Shown: positions 11,862-23,449, numbered from the stretch's first letter. The stretch: 64,000 nucleotides of DNA from an uncultured Nitrososphaerales archaeon (GCA_963695855.1 CAVOHZ010000008.1:537343-601342); one strand, 5' to 3'. Numbers and translations are program-made. Notes: a model not told the origin generated them from the letters alone.

Positions 11862-12398
11862 TTAATGAGTTTCTTTAGATGAATGTTTGTCTAAGCCATA
11901 GACAAGCTTTTCAACAATTCCTTGTAGCCCATTTGGAAAATGATTTTCTGTTTTTACATTATTTAAGGCTATATCAATCGTATTATATCCGTTAATTAAT
12001 ATTCTAGTTGGGACTTCAGTCCATTTTATTTTACCGTGACCTGAAACATCTACAATTCCATCTATGCTAGTAAATCCATTTTGTTCAAGGATAACTTTTG
12101 TATCATTGCTTTGTTTGAAATTTGTAAATCCCATCTCGTGTCTATCAGAACCATTTAATCCTACCATAGTAAAATCAGCGTTAAAATCTTGAATTTCACC
12201 ATTGACAGATAATAAATTCCACCATCCTCCTGCCAAATATGGCTTTGTCTCATTAGAAACGACTGTTGAATCAATCCATCCTTTGCTTGTAAAGGTTGAA
12301 CCTATACTCTCTTGAGCAATTACAGACTGAGGATAAACCATAGCAAACATCCCCAAAAATAGAGCAATGATATAAATTGTCATAATATATCTTGACAT
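11862..12398 (-). CDS. Secreted hypothetical protein
   Basis: Signal peptide; LAGGWWNL..FNADFTMV..GSDRH..NHF motifs. Confidence 0.8.
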   Translation of the reverse strand: MSRYIMTIYIIALFLGMFAMVYPQSVIAQESIGSTFTSKGWIDSTVVSNETKPYLAGGWWNLLSVNGEIQDFNADFTMVGLNGSDRHEMGFTNFKQSNDTKVILEQNGFTSIDGIVDVSGHGKIKWTEVPTRILINGYNTIDIALNNVKTENHFPNGLQGIVEKLVYGLDKHSSKETH

Positions 12399-12434
12399 AT
12401 TTCTTACGCTTTCGTATCGAATAAATACATTGTG

Positions 12435-12453
12435 GTTTATTCGTCGAATGTTC
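12435..12453. promoter_or_regulatory. Operator candidate GTTTATTC-GTC-GAATGTTC
   Basis: 13/16 match to the 545/30541 palindrome, same TTGTG flank, 37 bp upstream of the 12398 start. Confidence 0.55.
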
Positions 12454-12786
12454 TAGATCTCGTATAACACCAATCTTAAGTATCTTGATTCTTATGAAAC
12501 TAAAGATGTAATTGATAATAAGTAACGATACCAAACAATCACAGACAACAACGGAAAAAATAATACCATATCAGAAAAGATAGTCAGCAATAATAAGGAT
12601 TTTTCAATATTCTATTAGCAGTTAAAACGGCATAATGATTGTTTATATTACATGAGACAAAGCAGATATGAACCTTTAAGTGAAATAGATTGAACGAATG
12701 TCATTGATTCACAAGGTAATACAAAGAAGGGTTTATCGAGATGAAATGATAAAAAAAATAATGATTTTTGATGTTGTTATTGCATT

Positions 12787-13504
12787 TTATTCTGTATGTG
12801 TGGCTCCAGTAGTAAGTTTTTCACTTCGAGAGTGACCATGTCTTCCTCTAGTTATTTCAGTTCCACACCGATAACAACTGTTGCAGTTGGTGGGACATCA
12901 ATATCCTCATCAGTAGGATTAGATAGTGCAATATCTGTTATAGTTGTTACATTTCCCTCAGGTATTACATCAACATGATAGAGACATAGCTCACCTGGAG
13001 TTGAAATAAAGTAGGAAAATTTTCACGGGCTGTTAATGTCATGTTGGGGTCGGTCGAACTCGAAGATTTTCAAGACTAACAGCTGCCAAATTGGGTGCAG
13101 AACCAATCAGTACTTGAATTGAAGAAGTACTGTTATCATCACATGGGGCTTTTAAGGCAACATGCCCTTTGAGATGTGATATGGCGTAGAATCATAAAGA
13201 TGGATAAAATCTCCTCCGGGAATACTTTTATCTTGTAATAATATTGTAACTGAATCTCTGACTACGTTTGTTTTATAATAATCTTTTTTTTCTGATGGGT
13301 ATTCTTCTCAGTAGCATGTACTGCATATGCTAAGGTAACATTCATCATTGTAGAATTGTCCATTCCCATAGTGTCGTTTTGGGCATAAGCGAATGTTGCG
13401 TTAGCCATGGTTGAATTATCAAGATTTGAACTGTCTTGAGCATAGGAAGGAATATGGTTAAACATTCCTGCTACAAGAGATACACTTAAAATTACAATTA
13501 TCAC
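12787..13504 (-). pseudogene. Pseudogene paralogue of 2462-3037
   Basis: RDSVTILL, IHLYDSTP, GHVALKAPC, CLYHVD and ITDIAL segments in shifting frames; 37-bp insertion at 13026-13062; 5' end abuts the CRISPR array. Confidence 0.85.
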
Positions 13505-13513
13505 ATTTTTCTA

Positions 13514-14272
13514 GTTTCAAACCTATTTTAGTCAATTTCTAAGCGAGACGACGAGAAGAATGCATTTACTTACACAGGTTTCAAACCTATTTTAGTCAAT
13601 TTCTAAGTGTTTCTGAAAGCCTTTCAGAGAATCATCGCGGACTAGGGTTTCAAACCTATTTTAGTCAATTTCTAAGCACAGTACTGCTGCTTATCATATA
13701 GATGTATATAGTTTCAAACCTATTTTAGTCAATTTCTAAGCTTGCTGGATCTGGCTTGTATGTTCGATTGAATCCAGTTTCAAACCTATTTTAGTCAATT
13801 TCTAAGCACAGACCATTTCAACTAGCAAATAACTATCGCCTGTTTCAAACCTATTTTAGTCAATTTCTAAGCAAATAAATCTAAGGCGTTATATGAATTA
13901 GGAATCCTGGTTTCAAACCTATTTTAGTCAATTTCTAAGATATCACAGCTATTTGACATAGGTTACGATAGCTGAGTTTCAAACCTATTTTAGTCAATTT
14001 CTAAGTATTATTGGCAACGACTTATATTTGCGATCGTAAGTTTCAAACCTATTTTAGTCAATTTCTAAGTTATCATTCAGTGTAATCGTTCAAGAATCGT
14101 CTATTAGTTTCAAACCTATTTTAGTCAATTTCTAAGGATAATGCAAACGTTGAAAACGCCTGCAGAATCATAGAGTTTCAAACCTATTTTAGTCAATTTC
14201 TAAGTGGAAGTAAGCAAATGGGTAATTCCAGCTATGTCTATGAGTTTCAAACCTATTTTAGTCAATTTCTAA
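13514..14272 (-). CRISPR. CRISPR array 1: 12 repeats (30 bp), 11 unique spacers of 34-39 bp
   Basis: GTTTCAAACCTATTTTAGTCAATTTCTAAG starts at 13514, 13578, 13647, 13711, 13777, 13842, 13910, 13976, 14040, 14107, 14175 and 14244 (last truncated by IS630). Minus-strand sense inferred from the TTGAAAC 3' end. Confidence 0.98.
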
Positions 14273-15390
14273 TAATAAGTCAAGTGTCATCATGAATGTC
14301 GTTACACCATCTTCCAAATCTCTTATCCAGATATTCTGATATTGCATCTTTTTGTTCTTCTATACTGGTATAGAATCTATTTGCACACACATCTGATTTT
14401 ATCTTCTGATTTACTTTTCTCTCATTTGGATTAAGGTATGGCGCCCTCTTTGGAAGGTGTATTATACTGAGCCAGTCTTTTTTCTGTGCATTGATATATT
14501 TTTTTGTCATCTTGCTTAGGTGAAATGAAGCGTTATCCCATACCAGTACAATTCTTTTCCAACCATTATTTTTCATTACATGTATCCTGAGATTCTCTAA
14601 ATGGTTTATAGCATTGGTGGAATTTGATCTGTCATAGAAATCATACAACAGATTCTGTTCAGGCCATAGCATGGATATGTACATTGAGAATTTCTTTCTA
14701 CTACCGTTATGCCTAATTTTTTGTTGTTCACCTTCAAAACTCATTGACTTTCTTATACATGGCTTCTGTGTTACTATAGTTTCATCTTCAAAGACCAACA
14801 TCACTTTCTTTTTTTGAGAGCGGATGCTACTTGTTTGTAGTTCTTTACCTGTTTCTTTCCCTCTTCATAATCAGTCCCATGTTCAAGTTCAAGTCTGGTT
14901 CTCTCACATCTGATACCCATGTCCTTCAGTATCCTTTGAAGGTGTTTGAAACTGATTGGAATGTCAAGTTCTTCTGTAAGACACTTTGCCAGTGACCTCA
15001 GACTCCAGGTGTTTCTGATGAAACCAAAAATATTGGGATCGTTAAAAAGTACAGAAAGTATAGTCTCTCTATCCTCATCTGTTATACGGAATTTTGTACC
15101 ACCTGGTTTCCTTATCTCCAATCCTTTTGTTCCTATCTGGAGATATGCCGATATCCATCTTTGAACTGACCTGATACTGACACCATGTTCCTTCCTTTGC
15201 TATATCTGCAAAAGTTCTACCGTTGCTCTTCTGAAGTATTGCCATTAATCTGCGATAATGCTTCTTGTCGGTACTATATTTCATCAACGACTTTAGACTG
15301 TTCTTCTGTCCTGTGGTGAGGTTGAGTTTGGTAGTAGAACCATGGTACATAGAATTATGATATTCAGGATACCTTAGACTTTACCTATTC
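14272..15390 (-). mobile_element. IS630-family element inserted at a TA in the CRISPR repeat
   Basis: DDE motifs FEDET / WDNASFH / PYLNPNE; slippery A-run at the ORF junction near 14805-14816; extra frameshift near 15190; only imperfect IRs. Confidence 0.9.
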
Positions 15391-15419
15391 AATAATTTAG
15401 ACCTGTTAGTTAAAAGGAT

Positions 15420-15720
15420 ATGACATTAACCAAGCCACTTGACTTATCTGGAGGTCTACCACTTTTTGGTCTGTTTTTTAATCCTTCTATATACCTTCTT
15501 TCCTGTACCTCTTTAACCAATCAGAAGCCCATGCCCTACTTCTGTGCAGATCTCTTGCCACCTGTGCAGACAATCCTTTGTCATATACTACGTTTAACAC
15601 AAGCAACATTCTTTCCTTTACACCTGCATCCGATTCTCGTTTATACAGTTGTTCAAATCTTTTCCTAGAAAGATTATTGTCTCTCTCAATCAAATGGATA
15701 AACTGTATGCTTCCTTTCTT
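15420..15720 (-). mobile_element. IS630-type HTH transposase remnant
   Basis: LYKRESDAGVKERMLLVLNVV..VARDLHRSRAWASDWLKRY; homologue at 32655-32790. Confidence 0.75.
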
Positions 15721-15790
15721 CAGCTAAATCTATTATTGTCTAAAGTGTATGAGCCTTATGTTAAATTATTGTTAGCATAATTATATTAAT

Positions 15791-15982
15791 TGGTATAATA
15801 CAGTTAAATATTTTAATTGTAATTATTGTGGAGCAGAATTTATTGTTGTAAAACCAGATGATATACATACAAAACCAAATAAAAATAGAATTAAAAGAGA
15901 TGATATCGAAATATTGCATAAATTCGATGAGTGTGGAAAGAATAATAAAATATATTTGTCTGAACAACAAAATTCTAAATAA
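15791..15982 (+). pseudogene. Small zinc-ribbon protein, decaying
   Basis: Hand translation YFNCNYCGAEFIVVKPDDIH...HKFDECGKNNKIY; no start codon, third Cys appears lost. Confidence 0.5.
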
Positions 15983-16504
15983 TTTTTAATATATCTTTGT
16001 TTTATTGTCTATTATTTTGTGATCTTATTTTGTTAACAATTCTATTATACGGCCCAATATTAGTAAAAGTAAATCTGTTAAATGAATGGTTTTCGAACTT
16101 AATGTCTTAAGTTTTAATTTCTAGTGGGTTCTTACTAAATTTTGTTCGTAAAAACTGCTATGTCAATTTCAATCTTTAGATGTTATAAACATATAATGAA
16201 CCCCAAATGTTATATTATTTTTTGGTTAGTTAAATTCAAATCTATAAGAAAGGATTTTATCAATTGTTATTGTTAACAGAACATTAGCTTCAAATGACTG
16301 TTATCTATTCAATAACCTAAAATAATAAACTGTTATCGGTTATTTCACAAATCAATTATTTAAATCAGATATTAAAGTTAACTTTTTATTGATTATAGAA
16401 TAAGAAACTCTGAGTGACGAAAATACAACATGCAAACGATGCAATCATCTTACATTCTAGGTAATAAAGTATTAGTCAAATTTCTAACATTTCAATTTAA
16501 CTCA

Positions 16505-16904
16505 GGAAACGTGATCTAAGTTTAAGCCCTATATTCGCTAAATCGGTTAAGAACAATGACACGATATATTCTACATATGGCGGTTACCTAAGTCAATCGG
16601 GAGAGTGGAATCTAAAGGTAACGGTTCAGTGATCCAATTTATATGATCTAAATTATCGTCTCAGTGTTATGCTAAATAATAGCGCTGCAGTGTTATGCTA
16701 AATAATAGCGCTGCTAGTTTGCATCACCAACACGACGTCGATACTGTGAAAATTGAAGATAAAACAAACAAGACAGCTAGTATGAATCTGATGGTAATTT
16801 TACTGTCTCTGGTGGTAGTTGCATTCTCTACCTACTTTTCAATTAAAGCGCTAAAACATCTGAGAATAGCACAGCAAGGCTTTGGGCTACGAAATTATAT
16901 TTAA
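16505..16904 (+). pseudogene. 3' remnant of a second CopCD-like gene
   Basis: YSTYGGYLSQSGEWNLKVTVQ*SNLYDLNY matches YAITGGYISQPGEWNVAIAAQRPSDYDLNY of 19352-21904; C-terminal TM; 26-bp tandem duplication at 16662-16713. Confidence 0.75.
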
Positions 16905-17013
16905 ATTAAATGAAAACAGACAACCATTCCTTTGGTTCATTGATAAAATCATTTGTGTAGAATTAATGTTGCAAAGGGTACTATAAATTACATAGACAGT
17001 CACAAATTACTTA

Positions 17014-18078
17014 TTATTTACGTAACTGCAAGTCAAAGGCTTCTAATAGGTTTGGATGAATTTGTGTGTGAACTATCATCATAACATCTAGAGGTAAACC
17101 TTTTTTTGCAATTGAGTCATTAAGATGGGTGAGACCATTTTCCAGATTAGTAACAAAGGCCGTTACTTTTTTGTTGTCGCTTGGTGTCATATGCTTAAGT
17201 TTAGTGTCAAAGATTTCGAATGCCTTTGCAGCTAGTCCTTGAGCACTCTGGTAATCTGAAATATTAGATAGTGAGTAGCCCATATTCATTTCACCGCCTT
17301 GTTCCGTCATCATCATCGTATTGGACGAGGTATTCATAGATGGCATATTCATTTTCATATTGCTAGTGCCAGAATTATTCCCGGTTACAGGATTGCTCAT
17401 AACCATGGAACTTGGACTACTGTTGTTCCCGATCATAACCATGTTTGACATATTGGTCATGTCAAATCCAACATGGTATGCCTTTCCATAGTCTATTAGC
17501 ACCTCATCTATCACATTGACAAGAACTAAGGCCTGAAGCTTTGTATTCGGATCTAGTTCCTGATTGGTATTGCTACCGCCAAATATGCTTTCTAGAGACT
17601 TTAGAGCTCCCTCCAAAAAGTTTAAAGAGGTTGGTTGCAGCTGAGCAATTCTAACAATTGCGTCTTCATCCAGCCTTTTATTAAGATCATTTACGAGTTG
17701 ACTTACACTTTTTAGTTGGCTTTCTGAAGATGATGACATGTTTTGCAGCTGACTCACAGCTCTTCTAAGATCACCTGTTAATCGTGGATTATCCTCTGTT
17801 ATTTCAATCATTACCTTCGGAGTTAGAAGGGATGAGGCCTTAATCGCATGACTCTGAGCTAGTGACACGTTATTATTTTCTAGGTTTGCTACAACGAGCT
17901 CCAATTCTGCTTGGATTTGGTCTAGAATCCCTACAAAGGTAGCAGTTTCGTTTGGTGTAAAAAGATGTCCATATACCAGTAAATTATTAAAATCATCCAT
18001 ATTGAAAAGCATAATGATGAGGCAAATACCCAGGAGTAGAACTAGAAATTTGGTCTTTAGAGAAAGAGCTTGTATCAA
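17014..18078 (-). CDS. Secreted helical protein with predicted N-terminal His and Met-rich linker (family copy 1)
   Basis: VYG|HLFTPNE; MTNMSNM Met cluster; C-terminal HTQIHP; paralogous to 25164 and 26109. Confidence 0.85.
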   Translation of the reverse strand: MIQALSLKTKFLVLLLGICLIIMLFNMDDFNNLLVYGHLFTPNETATFVGILDQIQAELELVVANLENNNVSLAQSHAIKASSLLTPKVMIEITEDNPRLTGDLRRAVSQLQNMSSSSESQLKSVSQLVNDLNKRLDEDAIVRIAQLQPTSLNFLEGALKSLESIFGGSNTNQELDPNTKLQALVLVNVIDEVLIDYGKAYHVGFDMTNMSNMVMIGNNSSPSSMVMSNPVTGNNSGTSNMKMNMPSMNTSSNTMMMTEQGGEMNMGYSLSNISDYQSAQGLAAKAFEIFDTKLKHMTPSDNKKVTAFVTNLENGLTHLNDSIAKKGLPLDVMMIVHTQIHPNLLEAFDLQLRK

Positions 18079-18363
18079 ATTTGGATTGCTCCTTGCAATG
18101 AATTATTCACGAAAAGGAGGCTTCCTATTACTACGACAAATACCAAAATACAGCTAACTGACGTTACGTCTCCTTTATTCATTATACTGCGAGTGGTAAA
18201 ACTCGATCTATTAATAGATTCTCTTTTTCTGACCATACCAAATCAATTATAGAGAATATAATAAAGAAATTACTGCTGATCTTTATTAATTTATTATTTA
18301 AAGTCAAATTTTCATCATTCATTTTTATGAAATATTCTTGGAAAGATACACTGCTATATAAAT

Positions 18364-18419
18364 AATAGTAAACGAAGTTAAGATATTATTAAATAGTAAA
18401 CGAAGTTAAGATATTATTA
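18364..18419. repeat. 28-bp perfect tandem duplication
   Basis: AATAGTAAACGAAGTTAAGATATTATTA x2 in a divergent intergenic region. Confidence 0.9.
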
Positions 18420-18634
18420 TAGTATATAATAATCACATGATATACCTTATTGTTTCCATTTTCCTAAATTAATTGTTTTGTTTCACTACAAAAAGAATTA
18501 CTAAAAGTTTCTCATTTTTTCGTAAATAAACAACAGGAATAAGGGTTCGCGTTCTTCTTGTTTCTATAAATTCCATCATAATTCGTCATTTGTACTAATA
18601 ACTTTTTATTCTACTTTCACGATTTAAAATATAA

Positions 18635-19225
18635 ATGGTAACTAAAACAAATATACGATATTTTGTGCTGTCAGTAATGATTTTTGTTGTTACTTTCAGT
18701 CTAGTTCTTTCAATGGGTTCACAGTTTGCTTTTGCTCATGAAAAACAGCTACTCTCAATTAATGGAAAACCATACTTATTTGTAGTTGGTTCAATCGATG
18801 AACCAGTTTATATAAATGACAAATCAGGAGTTGAATTCTATGCTTATACTCCAGATCCAAATGATCCATTATCTGAGGAGCCTGATGGGACAAAACCAAT
18901 CACGGGGTTAGAAAAAACTTTAAAAGTGGAGGTATCTGCAGGACCAAAGAATAAAACGCTAGATTTTGAGCCCGATGAAGATAATCCAGCACATTATACA
19001 GCTAGATTCTTCCCGAGTGCAGAGACTACCTATACGTATACACTAACTGGTACAATAGATAATACACCTATTCATATAAGTTATTCATGTGTTCCTGGTG
19101 GTGGTGCAGAAGAAGAAGAGGTTACAAGCAATACAAAGACTGTCCTTTCACAAGCTGTAGTCAGTGAGCAAGTAGCTGGAAGCTTTCCTTGTCCAGTTCC
19201 TAGAGATGAAGTAACCATCCCTTAG
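18635..19225 (+). CDS. Secreted protein with predicted N-terminal His, upstream of copCD
   Basis: AFA|HEKQLL; VVGSIDEPVY..GLEKTLKVEV..HYTARFFP. Confidence 0.8.
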   Translation: MVTKTNIRYFVLSVMIFVVTFSLVLSMGSQFAFAHEKQLLSINGKPYLFVVGSIDEPVYINDKSGVEFYAYTPDPNDPLSEEPDGTKPITGLEKTLKVEVSAGPKNKTLDFEPDEDNPAHYTARFFPSAETTYTYTLTGTIDNTPIHISYSCVPGGGAEEEEVTSNTKTVLSQAVVSEQVAGSFPCPVPRDEVTIP

Positions 19226-19351
19226 GCTATGGATTTAACATCGACGATTTGCAATATAAGCAAGACCAAATGACATCATTATATTATATTTTTTTATTAA
19301 AGTATAGAGCGAATCTTATATATTACTCACAACTTAGGATGATGGAAAATT

Positions 19352-21904
19352 TTGCAGAAACATAATCCCAAGAACATTAATTATACTTGTATTATATTTA
19401 TATTCATACTAAGTTGTTCTCTTCTTTTTCTTCTCACATCAATTTCAGATTCAACATTTTTATGGAACAAGGCTTATGCTCATTCTCTCCCTGTGAGCGA
19501 AACTCCTGCTCATGATTCCATACTTAAAAAAGAAGAGTTACCATCAAAAGTTATTATTGATTTTTCAGAAAGACCTGTACCTGGCATAAGTACTATTCAA
19601 GTTCTTAATGAAAAAAATAAAAGAGTAGATAATGGAAATTTCGTAATTATCGGGGATCATGATAGAGAAGCAATGACTACACTTGATACCAAAAAACTTA
19701 CTGATGGAGTATATACAGTTTCATGGATGACACAATCTGCTGATGATGGACATATAGCAAAAGGCTCATATGTCTTTGGAATCGGCAATGTAGGTTCAAG
19801 GGCATCCTCAATAACATCATCATCATCCTCAGCATCATCAATTGGATTAGCAAATAATGAGCAAAATTATAAAGTACAGGCTATTACATCTAGCTTAGAT
19901 GGATTAATAAAATGGCCACTCATAATCTCTCAAGTAACAGTTGTAGGCGTAATTTTTTCTCATTTATTTTTATGGGAATTATTTGGTAAAAAAATAATAG
20001 TCAATACAAATCAGACATCATCAGCCACCAATTCTACTGCTAACACTAATACTACTACTGCAAACAATACGATGATGAATTTAAGATATAATAAAAGATT
20101 TACATTAATACTTGTAGCTGTATCGGTTACAATAATAATTTCAGCAAATGCACTATTGTTTTTGCAAATTACCGAATTAGTTCCTACTAATAATGGTATT
20201 TCTAGTTACACATCAATTTTTTTATTAGTTCTCCAAGGACCTTCTGGATTTTCATGGTTAATAAGGATAACAACATCTTTTGTAGTAATTATTGTATCTG
20301 CAGTCATTTATTATTATTTAAAGAAAAAGCACAATGTAAAAGATAATAATAAAGATCACATTGATATCAAGATAAAGAAGAAAAATGATAATTTATTTTC
20401 TATGACATTACTCTCCATAGCTTTTACAGCTGGCTCTATCAGCATATTCGCAAATAGCCTTACAAGTCATAATGCAGCAGTGAATTTTTTTCCATCAATT
20501 GCAGTTTTTTTAGATTGGCTTCATTTTATGGCAATTTCTGTATGGGTAGGTGGACTATTCTATATATCTACAATTTTATTAGCAACAATAAGAGATAAAA
20601 CAGAAAATTATGAAACCATAATTAATTCTCAAAAACCAAGAGGAATGCCAAATGCGATTTCTTCCTTAAATGTAAAAAAGAGATTTGTCTTTCATTACTA
20701 TTTGGCATTATTACTTCCACGATTTTCCCTTGTTGCTAGCCTTTCGTTGGCAATAATCGGAATTAGTGGAATTTATATGGCTTGGATTAATATCCATAAT
20801 TTCAATTTTCTTTTTAATAGCGAATATGGAAGTATTCTGATAATCAAATTAATCAGTGTGATACCTTTAATTCTTTTAGGAGGATATCATCAACTAAAAC
20901 TTCACAATACTATTGTTAAGGTAGCAAGTTTAGGTGAGAATGGTGAAAATATTGGTAGCAGTAGAAATGATAATATATTCAGAAAAAATAGGATTGATCT
21001 TACAGATAATCCGGAAAAAAATACAATAGGAGAGGACAAGTCAGAAAAAATAAAAGCAAATAAAATAGACATATTTGGCAAATTTAGTAAGACAATTAAA
21101 ATTGAATCCTTGTTTGCAATTGGCGTATTACTAGTAGCATCTCTGCTTAGTACAACTTCTCCTCCTTCTGCTTCAATGAATATGCCTTCTTCTATGGGTG
21201 AAGGTTCTCATACTATGGTAATGTCTGATGGCGGTGGTGGTAGTGGTAGTGGCGGTAGTATGTCAATGAATGATATGTCAATGAGCAATTTAAAGAACAG
21301 TAGCTATATCAAGGAAGTAAAAATATTAAATGTAACTACAAAAATCGAAATAAATCCATTTTATTCTGGCTTTAATACATTTAAGATTACTTTTACTGAT
21401 TCAAATGGACAACCGTATTCTAAAATATTAACTGTAAGAATGATTTTTAAAAATGATCAAGCAGATATTGGACCTATAACAACTAAACTCAACCAAATCT
21501 CTCCTGGAGTATATGCAATTACTGGAGGATATATAAGCCAACCTGGTGAATGGAATGTGGCAATAGCAGCTCAGAGGCCATCAGATTATGATCTTAATTA
21601 TAAATTCACTTCTATAGTAAATAATTCATCATCGTCATCTTCTTCTAACATGATACAAACTGGTAGTAGTAGCAGCAATATTGGTACTGAGAATGCTAGT
21701 ATTGTTACAAATATAGAAACAACCAAGTCTATGAATATGACTAGTTCCAGTTCACAAGTTATTATGCCTGCGTTTGACTCCTTCACATTGCTTACAATTA
21801 CTCTAGCAATAATTATTGGACTTGCTAGTTCTTACTTTTACAAAAAAAGTAAACAACAACTTAGAAAAACTTTGGACCTATTGGATCAAATGCATACAAT
21901 ATAG
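19352..21904 (+). CDS. copCD: CopC-CopD fusion copper uptake/resistance protein with YtkA-like C-terminal domain
   Basis: CopC: AYA|HS..FSERP..YTVSW..SADDGH. CopD: TSHNAA..WLHFMAISVWVGGL..RFS..YG.ILIIK. Met-rich linker and C-terminal TM. Confidence 0.92.
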   Translation: MQKHNPKNINYTCIIFIFILSCSLLFLLTSISDSTFLWNKAYAHSLPVSETPAHDSILKKEELPSKVIIDFSERPVPGISTIQVLNEKNKRVDNGNFVIIGDHDREAMTTLDTKKLTDGVYTVSWMTQSADDGHIAKGSYVFGIGNVGSRASSITSSSSSASSIGLANNEQNYKVQAITSSLDGLIKWPLIISQVTVVGVIFSHLFLWELFGKKIIVNTNQTSSATNSTANTNTTTANNTMMNLRYNKRFTLILVAVSVTIIISANALLFLQITELVPTNNGISSYTSIFLLVLQGPSGFSWLIRITTSFVVIIVSAVIYYYLKKKHNVKDNNKDHIDIKIKKKNDNLFSMTLLSIAFTAGSISIFANSLTSHNAAVNFFPSIAVFLDWLHFMAISVWVGGLFYISTILLATIRDKTENYETIINSQKPRGMPNAISSLNVKKRFVFHYYLALLLPRFSLVASLSLAIIGISGIYMAWINIHNFNFLFNSEYGSILIIKLISVIPLILLGGYHQLKLHNTIVKVASLGENGENIGSSRNDNIFRKNRIDLTDNPEKNTIGEDKSEKIKANKIDIFGKFSKTIKIESLFAIGVLLVASLLSTTSPPSASMNMPSSMGEGSHTMVMSDGGGGSGSGGSMSMNDMSMSNLKNSSYIKEVKILNVTTKIEINPFYSGFNTFKITFTDSNGQPYSKILTVRMIFKNDQADIGPITTKLNQISPGVYAITGGYISQPGEWNVAIAAQRPSDYDLNYKFTSIVNNSSSSSSSNMIQTGSSSSNIGTENASIVTNIETTKSMNMTSSSSQVIMPAFDSFTLLTITLAIIIGLASSYFYKKSKQQLRKTLDLLDQMHTI

Positions 21905-22021
21905 ATATAGATTGTATTTAATATTCAATTATATGCTACTTTAATTTAATTGGCCAAATTAAGTAATTTCCTATGAATATAGTTTAAAAAATAAGGGGAG
22001 TTAGTTTTAGGTATTAACTTA

Positions 22022-22950
22022 GAGCCTATCCCAAAATTATCCTCCTGTACATAATAATGCTACTTGCCAATTTTACAAGACCCAGATAGTTCTCCTCTTC
22101 CTTCTTTTCATATCTTGTAAATAACTTCCTGAATCTGTTATGCCATGAATTTGTTCTCTCTACAACCCATCTTCTTACTGCTGGATGTTTTCTATGAAAT
22201 ACTCTTTCTTCTCCTCTTCTGTGTAGCATATGTGGAATAGAATATATCCTCTCTCTTGATAATTTCTTGTTCTATTTCTTTGGAATGATATGCTTTATCA
22301 ACGCACAGGTTCTGTTTCTTCTGTTTATTGCTATGGTTTGGATGATGATGATCTTTTGATAACCATGCTGTCAACTGTTTCAATTGCAACAGTGACATCA
22401 TTGTGAGTATTTGCAGATGTTATAATGGCAGATAGTGGAATACCATCTTTATCTGTAAAAATGTGTCTTTTACTACCTAATTTACTTCTATTAGCAGTGG
22501 GATTATGACCAGCAGTCATCGCCCCCCTAAAGGTGATTTTACTGATATGCTATCAAGAAGTGATTGCCATGACCATTTGATTCCTCTTTTTTTATGATCA
22601 TATATTTTTAACAAATCTGGTCCATAGTTAGTCTATCAAAAATACCAGACTGCCTCCATTCATGAAATCTTCTATGGTATGTTGAACCAGAACCATATTC
22701 TCCTGGTAACATTTTCCACTGAGATTCAGTGCTCAGGATAAACATTATACCATCAAATACTTTTCTGTATGGAACAATTGGACGACATATGGTATTCTCC
22801 GGTTTCTCATGTGGTAAAATATCTTCAATTTCATTCCAAAGATCATCTGGAATGCGTATGATTGTTCTAACATACTTTTTATTCTTAAGCATTATCAGAT
22901 ATGATAAGAAACCAATGAGCTATATTCCTATCTATTTTTGGGATAGGCTC
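22022..22950 (-). mobile_element. IS5-family element, near-identical to 3304-4235
   Basis: Perfect TIR GAGCCTATCCCAAAA, TTA duplication, shared frameshift. Confidence 0.95.
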
Positions 22951-23059
22951 TTAAGCAACAAAAGCTATAACTAACAAGGTTCCATTTATTATATACAAAT
23001 TACTTCTGAACGAAATAGAACATCTAACAGTTCTTCTGATAATTGGGGGATTAGTACCA

Positions 23060-23345
23060 GTCTTTACTGGAATTACTCCTCTTTTTCTAGGTCCATTAAT
23101 ACCATTAATACCGTAGATTTCCAAACCCTCAAATTAGCACAGCTTTCTACAGTAGTTGGTTTATCGTTACTGGTTCTTGGAATTGCAAGTTTGAGCATAG
23201 CATAGGAGATTTTGAAAGGAAAACGCTGGGCGAGAACGGTCACTTTGCTACTAAGCATAATAACAATAATAGATGCCATTATTTTTTTTGTTGAGAAAGA
23301 TCTAGTTCATATCGTCACAGTAATAATTTATGTCGTAGTAATTTA
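23060..23345 (+). pseudogene. Small membrane protein remnant
   Basis: LLVLGIASLSIA*EILKGKRWARTVTLLLSII pattern with in-frame stop. Confidence 0.45.
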
Positions 23346-23449
23346 ACCATCTGTATGCAAATCAAGTAAAACTATTTTGGAAATAAGCTATCACCGTGAG
23401 CAAAAAAAGGTATCACCGTGAGCAAATAAATATGACTTGAATCAATAGC

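Noticed and set aside
12685-12703. Weaker operator-like matches (also near 2403, 4573, 18577, 27228 and 56305)
   Set aside because: Half-sites or 11/16 or fewer matches without the conserved flank; a PWM scan is needed
13608-13646. Palindrome TCTGAAAG-C-CTTTCAGA within spacer 2 of array 1
   Set aside because: Single instance; probably reflects the protospacer
15740-16450. AT-rich stretch as the displaced leader of array 1, or as cas remnants
   Set aside because: Contains a decayed zinc-ribbon ORF; no cas motifs and no clear similarity to the flank of array 2
16461-16488. GTAATAAAGTATTAGTCAAATTTCTAAC resembles the 30-bp CRISPR repeat (possible remnant or anti-repeat)
   Set aside because: Needs several gaps, lies in very AT-rich DNA 2.2 kb from the array and has no neighbouring repeat; chance match is plausible
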